Source of the DNA: Methanotrichaceae archaeon
Lineage (GTDB): Archaea > Halobacteriota > Methanosarcinia > Methanotrichales > Methanotrichaceae
DNA: 64,000 nucleotides
Assembly: GCA_963803145.1 (NCBI GenBank)
Contig: CAWDLW010000016.1
Coordinates: 32,001 to 96,000 of the forward strand
Direction: 5' to 3'
The notes beneath the pieces are model-generated. The model was not told the DNA's origin. It was given only the letters and a program-made list of their open reading frames with translations, and searched no databases. Positions 18,317-28,652 of the stretch are shown here, piece by piece. A program made the position numbers and the translations under genes. Position 1 is the stretch's first letter; each line of letters starts with the position of its first letter.

Positions 18317-19102
18317 GCATCATCCCGATTGTCGTTGTAGTCCTTCTCGCACATAGATGCTTTCCTTGGTGACACATCAATGGTATGGCAGCCATACAGA
18401 GAGGAACTGCAAAAGCCGATTCATCGGAGAGGGTTATGGTATAATCCCAATATCAGCTATAAGGTAGGAAAGCACCCCCCCCAAAAAGGAGATCATCGAT
18501 ATTAATATAGTTTGCTTGAATGTGATAGTTTCAGAACCAAAGCATCCTGCGATCGAGTGGTCAAAACGATCACTTGATTCTTTTAGACTGTTGGCATATT
18601 ATATATCAAAATATATCTCGTCATGGTCATATATTTTTTTTGTTAAATGGGCTATTCTACACATTATGGGAATACGCAGAGTCTAGCGCACACCATCATG
18701 ATGGAGAGGGCAGGAAAGTATCTTATCCGACCACCTACCTAAAGTAGGCCCGCTACAGATAGCGTTTTTAGGGTGAATTTACGGTTATCGATTAGTAGGG
18801 AAAAAAGGCCCAATTTTAAATATATGACATTTGAAAAATATTGTCCTGGAGGTGTCTCTCTGCACCTAAACAGTAGGATGATATTATCCAAATTAACACT
18901 AATAATATCATGCTACTAAATGACGGCAAAGGATTAAATTTTCAATAGGATTATGATAAAGATCCTGAGTTTTGCATCTGAGCCAAATTAACAGTATGTA
19001 AAAAAGCCGTAAAATGAGTTTAAAGGCCCAAAATGGGCCGCGAGCATACAACTACATAGTGATACACACGTTTTTATAGTACCAGTCTATTAAGCGCGCA
19101 TT

Positions 19103-19570
19103 ATGGAAGAAGTTGAGCTAAAAATTTTAAAGGAAATTCATAAGATATATCAATTAGCGCGTGTAGGTGCAAGCTCCGATAAAATTGCAAGTAATTTAGG
19201 AATGACAAACGATGATGTGTGCGATTTTTTAGACGTGCTAGAAGATCAAGGATATGTAAAGGTAAGCAGGTATATTGGTGGTGCATATGGCGCGTTCCTT
19301 ACTCACACCGGGCGATTGTTGCTAACGCATCCGGAATACATGTTTAACAAAGGATATGTTGATGCAAGTGATGTTCTAAAAGTGCTTGAAAAAGCGGTAA
19401 ACGATTCTGAAAATATACCTCTGCGGGAAAAACCATCACTAATCGGAAAACTCACGGATCTAAGCCACGACCCATATATACAAAGCATAAGTTCCGGGTT
19501 AGTAATAGAAGCCGTAAAAAATACTTTGGTATTTAATATCGGCCATATAGTTGGCGTAATGACCGCATAA
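19103..19570 (+). CDS. Hypothetical protein with N-terminal wHTH
   Basis: IASNLGM....VCDFLDVLEDQGYVKV...FLTHTG. Confidence 0.65.
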   Translation: MEEVELKILKEIHKIYQLARVGASSDKIASNLGMTNDDVCDFLDVLEDQGYVKVSRYIGGAYGAFLTHTGRLLLTHPEYMFNKGYVDASDVLKVLEKAVNDSENIPLREKPSLIGKLTDLSHDPYIQSISSGLVIEAVKNTLVFNIGHIVGVMTA

Positions 19571-19756
19571 AATGCCCTAGGATCGAGGATTAAACAGGCT
19601 GACGGCTAATATTACTGGTAACCTTCAGGCTGCACTATTCAAGACTTATTCTATTGATGCTGGTTCTGTATTTGCCTTTACATGCGGGGTATGAGACCCC
19701 CGCACGCATAACTGAACACAAAGCTGAAATAGACAATTGAATAATTTCTGGAAACA

Positions 19757-20620
19757 ATGGTGCTAGATCCAGAGCAATTGAAAACCGCTGCCGAAATTGC
19801 TGGAATTGGATCAGGATTAATAGCGGGAGCTGAATTTTTACCAACCGTTGTAGGGTGTGCAAAGAAATGGATATCTGCTAAATTCCATGGTCATCCCCAA
19901 AAAGCAATAGATGTCGCTCTAAGCAATTTTAATGACTTCAGTGGGCAGGTCAACATATGTCTTAATGGAATGCAACAAATTGAAGGCTTTGAAGAGAAAA
20001 AGGAACAGGCACTTGCTGATCCAGATTATACAAGTCTCTTCCAAGAGGCAGTCTTGGGGGCAGCACGCACCAATTCTGTACAAACGCATAAAATTCTAGC
20101 ACGTTTGGTTACTGAGAGGCTTGCTGCAGAACCCGACTCCTTGCGTACATTAGCTTCTCACATGGCTTGCGATGCAGTACTGCAACTCTCACCCAAACAT
20201 TTACGATTCCTTGGTTTTATGGCTATCCTTTATGCCATGGACACTCCTGATTATGTAAAAGGCGTAAGTGGAGAAACTGGGGTTGACTCAGATCAAAAGA
20301 CTTTCGAAAAGGGCTTAAGTTGGCTTTCGGATGAACTTTCTCCTCTGTTACCAATAGGAGAGATGACCCACGCTGATTATTCTCATTTAGAGGCCGTTTC
20401 TTGTATTACGAATGGTGCGTACATAACCGAATTATTACATTTATTGAAATGGAAATTCTCAACAAAACAAATAAACGAGAGCTGGATCGAACAAAATCCA
20501 ATTTATAAAGTTCTATGCAAATACTGGAATAGTAGTGCGTCCTTAACCCCTGCTGGTACACTAATAGGTATGTATGTTAGGGATATTATTCCAAGAGAAC
20601 CGGCAAAATGGACCTTTTAG
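19757..20620 (+). CDS. LPO_1073/Vpar_1526-like hypothetical protein
   Basis: LADPDY...QEA...AART.....ILARLVTER and LTPAG.LIG resemble this family from recall. Confidence 0.6.
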   Translation: MVLDPEQLKTAAEIAGIGSGLIAGAEFLPTVVGCAKKWISAKFHGHPQKAIDVALSNFNDFSGQVNICLNGMQQIEGFEEKKEQALADPDYTSLFQEAVLGAARTNSVQTHKILARLVTERLAAEPDSLRTLASHMACDAVLQLSPKHLRFLGFMAILYAMDTPDYVKGVSGETGVDSDQKTFEKGLSWLSDELSPLLPIGEMTHADYSHLEAVSCITNGAYITELLHLLKWKFSTKQINESWIEQNPIYKVLCKYWNSSASLTPAGTLIGMYVRDIIPREPAKWTF

Positions 20621-21103
20621 AAATAGGTGCGTAAGGCCGTAGGCCCGATCGTGAAGTAAGATTTGAGCCATAGTTCCCGCTGGGCGAAACGAATTACCTT
20701 GTCATGCATCAATTGCAGAATACCCTCGCTTATAGCATATCTATCCAACTCTAATGGAGATGGCTGAACTTGCCTATCGAAGTGTGTATAACTTGTCAAT
20801 CGAATCAGCCGATTTTGGCATTCGCAAAGCCATGGCTCAATTTTATAAACATCTTTTCAACCTACAACTCCATGCTTTTACGCTCCAAATTTTGTTTCCC
20901 AATACTTGCTATGCCGCGACCATGTTAACCAATATCAAGCGAGCTGGCTCATCCATGCCTATAGTTTATGGAATGAAATGCTAACTGGAACACTTATTGT
21001 CTCTATTTTTCGGATCCACTCAAGTTGCATAAGTTACCACATGTAAGTTGAGAGTCGAGTATGTGCAACCTACCATCCGATTCCATGGCATTTTCTCATC
21101 TAA

Positions 21104-22663
21104 CCTTAACTCCGCGAATATGGGGAATAAATTGGGCTTTTAAGTGGTTATTTCGGCTCTAGATTCTTATTTGAGCGAAAGCTTAATTAACCTTTATTCC
21201 CCATATGGTGAATATGGAGACTTGGGCTAAAGAGTGGTTAGAGGATCAAAGAAAGAAAGGAGTTAAATGCCTTGAAATAAAACAGCATGGCGCTAAGCAT
21301 TATGTTTACCATTCCACGACACATTGGGATAAAACTCAAAATAAAGCGATAAAGACCTCAAAATATATTGGTAAACTTGATCAAGAGCGCGGTTTAATAA
21401 GGTCCCATGAAGAAGATAGCCAAAATGTAAAGGTTGAAAAGTCAACAAAGGTTAGAAGCATTACCGAGTACGGCAATGCCCTTTTGCTTCACGAAGCCAT
21501 GAAAGACATAAAACCGCTATTGATGGAAGGTTTTCCTAACAATTGGTCGGAAATTTATTCGCTTTCTATGTTGAGAGTTATGGGAAATGTCCCTTTAAAA
21601 AGAGCTGAAAGCGCATGGCAAAAGCTCTATAATGTGGAATCCATTGAACCTAATCTCAAGTCTCAACATCTCTCTAAAGTAATGCAAGATATTGGCGGCA
21701 ACCGCAAAGGTCAGAGCATATTATTTAAGGGCCTTCTCGATCAAAGTGAACAGCTTGTATACGATTTAAGTTATATATTTTCGCGTTCTGTAAGCATACG
21801 TCAAGCAGAAAAGGGCTATAATAAAGATAAAATTCAATTACCTCAAATTAACATAGTGCTACTTTGTAACGCTGAAACTGGGCTGCCGACTATGATAAGA
21901 TCCCTTCCAGGCAGTGTCAAAGACATAGCAACCCTGAGAAAATCCCTTTCTGAATTTGATATCCAAAACAAGATGCTCATATTGGATAGAGGTTTCTCCT
22001 CAGAAGATGTCTTTTCGGATTTAAATGAACTTGATATCTCATACCTTATTCCGGCGAAAAGAAATAGCCATTATTATGATACGCGCATTCACCTAAATAG
22101 TCACTTTCGCTACCGTAAGCGGCTAATTCGATGTGGTAGCAGAATGTGCAAAGACAAGTATCTTTATTTATTTGAAGATCAAGAACTCTTGCTTGAAGAG
22201 CGTAATACCCTTTACGATAAACTTGATAAAGGTGAGATTGATAGAAATCACTTTGATAAAAATTTTAAAAAAGCTGGAAGGATTTTAATTCTGTCAAATC
22301 GAAAGATGTCTGAGCAGGAAGCTTATGAATTCTACAAGAAAAGGGACGTTGTCGAGAAATTATTCGATACCTATAAATCAACTTTGTATGCAGATAGATT
22401 ATACCTACATAACGATGAAAGCGTTTTCGGACATGTATTTATTGGATTTTTATCTCTCTACGCATATTGTAAAATCGAATCTCTATTAAAGAAAGCCAAT
22501 CTAAATAGAACTATGACACCAATGGATTTACTATTTGAGTTTAGCAAAATATATCATATCGACTTTGGTGAAGAGGACGCTATTATGGAAATTCCTAAGA
22601 AAGTTCGTGATCTAGATGTAAGGCTTAAACTAAATCTATTCCCCACGTAATGCGGAGTTAAGG
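21104..22663 (+). mobile_element. IS1634-like insertion sequence, 1560 bp
   Basis: IRs CCTTAACTCCGC...TGGGGAATA / TATTCCCCA...GCGGAGTTAAGG; 6-bp duplication ATCTAA at 21098-21103 and 22664-22669. Confidence 0.92.
21205..22650 (+). CDS. IS1634-like DDE transposase
   Basis: YDLS, GYNKD...PQIN, PGSVKD, LDRGF, Y..RD.VEK.F..YK motifs. Confidence 0.88.
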   Translation: MVNMETWAKEWLEDQRKKGVKCLEIKQHGAKHYVYHSTTHWDKTQNKAIKTSKYIGKLDQERGLIRSHEEDSQNVKVEKSTKVRSITEYGNALLLHEAMKDIKPLLMEGFPNNWSEIYSLSMLRVMGNVPLKRAESAWQKLYNVESIEPNLKSQHLSKVMQDIGGNRKGQSILFKGLLDQSEQLVYDLSYIFSRSVSIRQAEKGYNKDKIQLPQINIVLLCNAETGLPTMIRSLPGSVKDIATLRKSLSEFDIQNKMLILDRGFSSEDVFSDLNELDISYLIPAKRNSHYYDTRIHLNSHFRYRKRLIRCGSRMCKDKYLYLFEDQELLLEERNTLYDKLDKGEIDRNHFDKNFKKAGRILILSNRKMSEQEAYEFYKKRDVVEKLFDTYKSTLYADRLYLHNDESVFGHVFIGFLSLYAYCKIESLLKKANLNRTMTPMDLLFEFSKIYHIDFGEEDAIMEIPKKVRDLDVRLKLNLFPT

Positions 22664-22740
22664 ATCTAAATCAAAAATGCCTTAGAACTCTTTTAAGATT
22701 AGAGCGATGAAGATAGCTAAAAGAGAGCTTAATGAGATTT

Positions 22741-23130
22741 CTATGCAAACAATATATTCTTTGATCTTTCTTTTCTATCATCCGATGATTCTTTTTCGTA
22801 CTCAACTATGGGCTTGATTAAGCCCTGGTTGGACTCTATGATTTTTGAGATCTCGTTATTTTGTAGACTGGCCGCTGTTTCACATTGCTTTAGCGCAAAA
22901 TACTCTGGCATCGCGTTATTCAGCTCCATGAGCTTCTTTACTATTGGGTTCTGTTTGTTTAGCTTATAATTGGCCTTGCCTGGTAGTTTCAATAAGCTCC
23001 AAGGCTTCCAGCTTGGGCATATATCTTAAGAAGGGTAGTCTTGCTCAGGCATGCGCCTTTTTCTATCTCAGCCCTTGAGTAATCAAAAGATTCGTTATCC
23101 CTCAAGAAATCCAATACTTTTACCAGGCTT
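22741..23130 (-). pseudogene. Degraded winged-HTH regulator with two frameshifts and a lost 5' end
   Basis: Three frames join to LVKVLDFLRDNESFDYSRAEIEKGACLSKTTLLKI / MPKLEALELIETTRQ / GKANYKLNKQNPIVKKL, a typical archaeal wHTH. Confidence 0.65.
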
Positions 23131-23145
23131 GCGCAAAAAATAAAA

Positions 23146-23219
23146 AGCCTCGGGTGGGATTCGAACCCACGGCCTCGTCCTTACCAAGGACGCGCTATAC
23201 CGAGCTAAGCTATCGAGGC
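23146..23219 (-). tRNA. tRNA-Thr(GGT)
   Basis: GCCTCGATAGCTTAGCTCGGTATAGCGCGTCCTTGGTAAGGACGAGGCCGTGGGTTCGAATCCCACCCGAGGCT; anticodon arm CGTCC-TTGGTAA-GGACG, T-loop TTCGAAT; CCA not encoded. Confidence 0.95.
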
Positions 23220-24440
23220 ACAATAGGCCCCTTGTGGTCTCCGTTTTTGTAGTTTTCGCTCCGGAGCAACAGGGCCGAGATTGCTATCTAGGATCTTTTC
23301 ATAAACAGCTTCTGTTCTCTTGGCGATCCTGTCCCAGCTGAACTCCGCCTCAATCCTATCGCATCCCGCTTTGGCGATCTTCTCCATTTCCTTGGGATCC
23401 TCCAGCAGGCGATTTATACACCAGGCGATAGACTCAGGCTGTACATAGGCCAAAATGCCATCCTCAAAGTTCTTAACTATAGATATGGCTTCTGTCGCGA
23501 CTATGGGCTTGCAAGCATCCCATGCCTCAAGGACAACCACACCAAAGGGCTCATTCCTGCTTGGGATGCACATGAGATCGCAAGCATTCAGAAGCTCTTC
23601 TTTATCTGAGGCTGGGGCATATCCGAGGAATCTGCATGCATCACTTACGCCCAACTCGTTCGCACGCCGCTCACATTCTCCCCTCATGCCGCCCTCTCCT
23701 GCAAAAATAAACTTGACGTCGCCTCTATTCCTGAGTACATGGGGAATTGCCTCCACAAGAAGGTCTGGGCCCTTCTGATAGCTCATCCTGCCACAGAATA
23801 GAACTACTGGGGCAAGAGGATGGATTCCGTAACGCTCTTTAACTCTTCCTGCATCCAATGACCTCCTCATCTTCCCGCAGACAATTCCATTGGGTATTAT
23901 GTCTATCTTGCTCTCGGGTATGGAGTAAAGCCACATGAGCTCATCAACCATACGTTTTGTAGTCACTATAACCCTTGCAGATTCATATCCTCCCAGCCAC
24001 TCTCGGTGAGACACTTCTCTATTACCATCGTTGTTGCCGCATCTCCCCCATTCAGTGCTATGTAAAGTAAACACATATGGCACTTTACAATTCCATTTTA
24101 TCTGGTTGAGGGCCGGAACGGGATGCCAGTCATGGCCGTGAATTATATCAAAGGGGCCGAAAAGCTTCTGCACCTCTACAAAGCGATGATACATGGCGTT
24201 AGACATCTTATCCATCTGGGAAATGATATCCCCCGACACATCAAAATCGACTCTCTGATAATGGACTCCATTTATCTTATCATATGATTCAAAATCCCCT
24301 CGGCGAGTTAAAACATGTACTTCATGACCCCTTCTTGCAAGGGCCTCAGAAAGCTCAGAAACATGTGGTGCAACACCTCCCACTTTTATAGAATATAAGC
24401 TCTCCCAGGAGAGCATTCCGATTCGCATCTCCTTCACCAA
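23205..24440 (-). CDS. GT4 glycosyltransferase (glycogen-synthase-like)
   Basis: WES...KVGG, HGHDWH, HSTE.GR, GRM..QKG, PSRNEPFG.V.LEA. Confidence 0.9.
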   Translation of the reverse strand: MVKEMRIGMLSWESLYSIKVGGVAPHVSELSEALARRGHEVHVLTRRGDFESYDKINGVHYQRVDFDVSGDIISQMDKMSNAMYHRFVEVQKLFGPFDIIHGHDWHPVPALNQIKWNCKVPYVFTLHSTEWGRCGNNDGNREVSHREWLGGYESARVIVTTKRMVDELMWLYSIPESKIDIIPNGIVCGKMRRSLDAGRVKERYGIHPLAPVVLFCGRMSYQKGPDLLVEAIPHVLRNRGDVKFIFAGEGGMRGECERRANELGVSDACRFLGYAPASDKEELLNACDLMCIPSRNEPFGVVVLEAWDACKPIVATEAISIVKNFEDGILAYVQPESIAWCINRLLEDPKEMEKIAKAGCDRIEAEFSWDRIAKRTEAVYEKILDSNLGPVAPERKLQKRRPQGAYCASIA

Positions 24441-24657
24441 CGTCTAATATTAATCATTATCCTTTATTGAATAGAAGAGCCTTATATATAAACACACTTA
24501 GCATCTGTAGCCTATGAACGCATTTGTCTCAATCGTGTTCATATAATCATGTTCATATTATAGTGGGGATCGCGAGGCCCTTTGATTCAATATGTATATT
24601 TTCCGTCTTTCGCAAATAGTTTTATTTGCTGTTCGCTAATTAATCTTTCGGCTTTCG

Positions 24658-25623
24658 CTATGCCTGACGAAGTTCTGCTGCCGCTTGCTCGGGCGGCACA
24701 GGGTTGATATAGATATCGGTGCCCCTCTCGAAGCCTGCTATCTTCGATATTGCAGGTTGAATGCGGATATTGAGATGATAATCAAAGGGGAGCTGAAATA
24801 TCATGTAATTATAAGGCGGATCATCCAGCAGTGATTTGATTCGCCTTAGGGCATCGCTGAGTATCGTTGCGAGGCTCTTACGCTGGCCCTCGTTAATATC
24901 TTCGAGGTTACTTATATGGTTTTTGGGCAATATCCACGTCTCATAGGGCGCAATTGAGTAAAAGGGAGCTATGAGTATCCAATCATCGTTTTGGGTTATG
25001 AGTCTGCTCGATGCCTGTTCGCGCTCAACTATATTGCAGTAAAGACAAAAGGATGAGGATGATATTGCTGCCATCTCTTTTTTTATTAGAGGCGGCAGTA
25101 TAGGTATAGCTATTACCTGCGAATGCGTATGGCTGAGGGATGCGCCCGCAGCATCTCCGCGATTCTTGAAGATTGAGATGTAGCTTATGCCGCTCAGGTA
25201 GCGGTAATGAGAATATCGATCTTTGTATACCTGCAGAATCAGCTCCATGTGATCTATGCTAAAGTCTGCGGTACTATCCCAATGATCGGGCGAGTCCACA
25301 ATCACCTCATGATATCCATGGCCCGGCAGGGCTATCCATTCTCCGGTTGGTATACCGGGGTCAGGCACCATTGCAGCAAATAGATTTGGAAATACCCTTA
25401 CCCTCCAGTTGCGTATTCTCTCAATACCATCTGCAAATATGCCGTGATCTGTATAGACGGCCACAGCAGGGGGCGTCTTCTCCTCATTTCCGGGACAAAA
25501 GGGGCAATTTTTTATATCCTCCCTCTCAACTTTTGCAGTTTTAAAATCCGAGGGCCTCTTCTTGCGCTCTGCTGCGATGATGCAGTACTCATCCAGGAAG
25601 TAATGTCGCCTCAACTCGGGGAT
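24658..25623 (-). CDS. galT: GalT-family hexose-1-phosphate nucleotidylyltransferase
   Basis: ELR, R.KRP, CPFCPGNE..TP, FKN.G..AGAS.SHTHSQ (HxHxQ), AGFE.G; start uncertain (ATC at 25623, TTG at 25614 or TTG at 25674). Confidence 0.85.
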   Translation of the reverse strand: MPELRRHYFLDEYCIIAAERKKRPSDFKTAKVEREDIKNCPFCPGNEEKTPPAVAVYTDHGIFADGIERIRNWRVRVFPNLFAAMVPDPGIPTGEWIALPGHGYHEVIVDSPDHWDSTADFSIDHMELILQVYKDRYSHYRYLSGISYISIFKNRGDAAGASLSHTHSQVIAIPILPPLIKKEMAAISSSSFCLYCNIVEREQASSRLITQNDDWILIAPFYSIAPYETWILPKNHISNLEDINEGQRKSLATILSDALRRIKSLLDDPPYNYMIFQLPFDYHLNIRIQPAISKIAGFERGTDIYINPVPPEQAAAELRQA

Positions 25624-26843
25624 GTTAGCACCTCCCTGTATATCTCTAGCGTCTTCTCGGCTGCCGTTCTCCAAGTGAACAGATCTAGAACCCTAACCCT
25701 CGCATTCTTTCCCCATGCCTTCAGCCTAACAGGGTCCTCCAAGGCGAGATTTATGCCCCAGGCAAGATCTACAGGATCGCGAGCATTGACATGAACGCCT
25801 GTGGGCTTTGTTGCCGCAGGATTCTCAACAATTTCGCGGAGTCCGCTTATTCCACTGGCACCAACAACCGCAGGTCTTGCCATGGCAGCAGCCTCTAAAG
25901 CGACGATCCCGAATGGCTCATAGAGGCTTGGAAATACACATAGATCAGCAGTAGCATAATGATACATCTTCTCCTCAGGATCAAGAAAATCGGTTACAAG
26001 GGTGATGAATCCTAGCCTGTCAGCGTATGCCCTCACCTGCTCCTCCAATGATCCCTTGCCCACAACTAGAAGCTTTGCATTCGGATGCCTACTCACGACC
26101 AAAGGCATTGCCTGGAGCAGCTGTATGACGCCCTTGACCGGCTCAAGCCTTCCTACGAACAATATAACTATGTCGCCCTCGACGATGCCATATCTTTCCT
26201 TCAATGCTTCCAGCTTTTTCAGGTCAACCCGATCAGGATTGAAGAAATCAGCATCGACACCATGGTAGCAGACATGAATCTTATCCGCTGCAACTCCCAT
26301 GTCTACAAGCTCTTGCTTCATGGATTTTGAGACAGTGATAACTGCATCAGCAACCTCGGAGCCTCTTTTCTCCAAATTTACTAGCTGCATATTGGGATGC
26401 TCAGACCTGCCAATCTCAAGGCCATGGACGTGGAAGATCATTGGAATTCCTTTGTTTTTGGCTGCCATTCCTCCCGGCAGGCCGAGCCAGTCATGAGCTA
26501 CACATAAGTCAAAGGGGCCAGACTCGATTACATCTGCCGCGGAGAGCTGATTGTAAGCGAGAAGATCTGCGAGGAAGTTAAGGCCGCTTCCCCATGCAAG
26601 AGTCTCGTGTGATAGAAAAACCTCAAGGCCATCCTTCATGGGAACAGGAGCCTCCCTGAAGACTTCAACACCTTGCATATCTTCATGTCTTTTAAGCTTG
26701 CCATCGCCCCATGTGAAGACGGATATTTTTTCCCCGAGTTCTGTAAGCTCTCTGGATATGCAATCTACGTATACTCCCAGCCCGCCATAGATCAGAGGCG
26801 GGTACTCTGTACTGAAATAGGCTATCTTCATGCTTTCGTCCAA
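25611..26843 (-). CDS. GT4 glycosyltransferase
   Basis: EYPP..YGGLG, AHDWL, FVGRL..VKG, FPSLYEPFGIVALEA. Confidence 0.9.
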   Translation of the reverse strand: MDESMKIAYFSTEYPPLIYGGLGVYVDCISRELTELGEKISVFTWGDGKLKRHEDMQGVEVFREAPVPMKDGLEVFLSHETLAWGSGLNFLADLLAYNQLSAADVIESGPFDLCVAHDWLGLPGGMAAKNKGIPMIFHVHGLEIGRSEHPNMQLVNLEKRGSEVADAVITVSKSMKQELVDMGVAADKIHVCYHGVDADFFNPDRVDLKKLEALKERYGIVEGDIVILFVGRLEPVKGVIQLLQAMPLVVSRHPNAKLLVVGKGSLEEQVRAYADRLGFITLVTDFLDPEEKMYHYATADLCVFPSLYEPFGIVALEAAAMARPAVVGASGISGLREIVENPAATKPTGVHVNARDPVDLAWGINLALEDPVRLKAWGKNARVRVLDLFTWRTAAEKTLEIYREVLTSPS

Positions 26844-26855
26844 CGTTCTAAATAA

Positions 26856-28640
26856 TCACACTACAAGGTTTCTATAATACTCAAGCACCGGTTCTCTCCA
26901 GCCGAACTGTTTAGCCAGAGAAAACGACTCCTCGCAGAGCAGACGATACTTGACCTCATCCTCAAGATAGGTCCAGGTGAAGTAATCCATAGCAAGGGCA
27001 TAATCCACTATAGTCTCTTCAGGCAGAGCCTCCATATTATCTACTATTATCACTCCGCCAAGGCCGGGCACGCGATGCTTAATCTTCTTCAAAGCATCGC
27101 TGAAGCCTGCCACGCGGCTGACTATACTTGGAGTTCCCTCCTTGCCAGCTTCGAGGGCAGTGAGAAGGAATGGCTCGTATTGCGAAGGAAAGATGCCGGC
27201 TATGCAGCCTGCCATAAGCTCATCGGTCCTCATTCCGAGTCCTCCATCATCTGGTCCTATCCATTGTGGATACAATATGGCTATGACAAGCCTTTTGCCG
27301 GAGATCAGCTCACGCACATCGAGGCTCATCCCTTTTATCATGTTCTGCAGCCTGATCTCCTCTCCAACGAGCACCTCAACAGGCAGATTGACCGGGAAGC
27401 CCTCTGGAAGCTTTTCTTTGGGCTTCGGACCATGAGCGGCTATGAGAAAACAGATTACCCTTGTATCCTCTGCATGGCGCTGTCCCTCTAGCCTATGCCT
27501 AAGCAGATGGTCCTGCAGCACCAGAGCATCCAGAAGCTGGGGGTATCCTTTATTCTCAATTTCTATCCTGGATATCGTAAATATGGGGATGATGCTGTCG
27601 GGGTTCGGGCATTTGCCATCGCAGCCTTTGTAGATATTTTTAACAAGAAAATCCTGTATTTTAGCCCTACATCTATCCTTCTTAGACCAATCGATCTCAC
27701 TGACCTCCGCATCTACGCCGTTCCTTACAACAATGCCCTTCAAGCGATAGAAGAGCATAGCTTCCTTCATTGTTGAGTCACCTACAAATGTGACTACGTC
27801 CGCATATCGTGCGAGCGCCTCTAGGGTCGCAAAGCCTGATGGCGTCCCTGGTTCCATCTTTGAATCATTTGCAGCAATCTTCGCTAGCGTTCTGACGCCA
27901 GCAGTCCGCCCAGGGACCGTGGCATGAAGAGTTGTAACTGTGCGAACTGGAACTCCGAGTTTCTTCAGCCTGGCTATAGCATAGAAGACGCCGAACTCGT
28001 GGCAATGGAGTGATACGCGCGTCTTAGGCATTACAGCCCTCGCGAATTCAGATATAGCCATGTCCTTATATTTTTCAGTCATCTCCTCACGAAGGTTTGT
28101 GAGTCCTCTCGCAAGCTCAGAGATTGCATATGATAGGTCGAGATAATGGTTGTATTCCGATCCGTAATGAGCTCTCTCATACTGCATCGAGTCAAGGCCA
28201 ATAAGCTCATACGCATCGCTTTTAATTGCGTTGTTGAGCGTGAGATCCTGGTTCTTCCAGCGGGTAATTCGAGACTGATAATAGGTAGTATTGAAAAGGA
28301 TGTAAGCGATAGGAATATCCTCAACCTTCTTCTGACCAGCCATTACCTCTATGCCTGCGGATCTCAGGTTTAAAAGAACGGTATCAAGATCAGAGCCCAT
28401 ATTTAGTTTATCATATCCAGATAAATCCGAAACTCTGTTCTTGCCTCCATTCCAATCAGATCCCGGCGTGGGATAGTAGGGGCCTGCAACAAGAATCTTA
28501 AGGTTCTTATCTATGATGCCTTCAGAGGCGAGCTTGGCAAGCGTTTGCGATTCTGCGTCTATGACGTTCCAGATTCCGCCGAGTTTGTTAGATGGCGGTC
28601 CGCCCTCCTCGCCAGCAATGATGATCCATCTCTCAATCAT
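26856..28640 (-). CDS. GT3-family (eukaryote/Bacteroidetes-type) glycogen synthase
   Basis: NKLGGIWNVI, AGPY, HCHE, TLHAT..GR, RIEIENKG, GIFPSQYEPF..T.LE match GT3 motifs. Confidence 0.8.
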   Translation of the reverse strand: MIERWIIIAGEEGGPPSNKLGGIWNVIDAESQTLAKLASEGIIDKNLKILVAGPYYPTPGSDWNGGKNRVSDLSGYDKLNMGSDLDTVLLNLRSAGIEVMAGQKKVEDIPIAYILFNTTYYQSRITRWKNQDLTLNNAIKSDAYELIGLDSMQYERAHYGSEYNHYLDLSYAISELARGLTNLREEMTEKYKDMAISEFARAVMPKTRVSLHCHEFGVFYAIARLKKLGVPVRTVTTLHATVPGRTAGVRTLAKIAANDSKMEPGTPSGFATLEALARYADVVTFVGDSTMKEAMLFYRLKGIVVRNGVDAEVSEIDWSKKDRCRAKIQDFLVKNIYKGCDGKCPNPDSIIPIFTISRIEIENKGYPQLLDALVLQDHLLRHRLEGQRHAEDTRVICFLIAAHGPKPKEKLPEGFPVNLPVEVLVGEEIRLQNMIKGMSLDVRELISGKRLVIAILYPQWIGPDDGGLGMRTDELMAGCIAGIFPSQYEPFLLTALEAGKEGTPSIVSRVAGFSDALKKIKHRVPGLGGVIIVDNMEALPEETIVDYALAMDYFTWTYLEDEVKYRLLCEESFSLAKQFGWREPVLEYYRNLVV

Positions 28641-28652
28641 TCGTATCAGGCC

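Noticed and set aside
18743-18778. Small hairpins CCTAC/GTAGG and CGCTA/TAGCG followed by T5; also TGCGGGG/CCCCGCA at 19683-19704
   Set aside because: Stems are short and no associated gene or element end could be assigned.
23205-23207. Pyrrolysine read-through at TAG stops
   Set aside because: No pyl genes in the window and no domain continues past any TAG examined.
17100-23219. Intact tRNA-integrated provirus or ICE
   Set aside because: No integrase, viral genes or duplicated tRNA 3' end found in the window.
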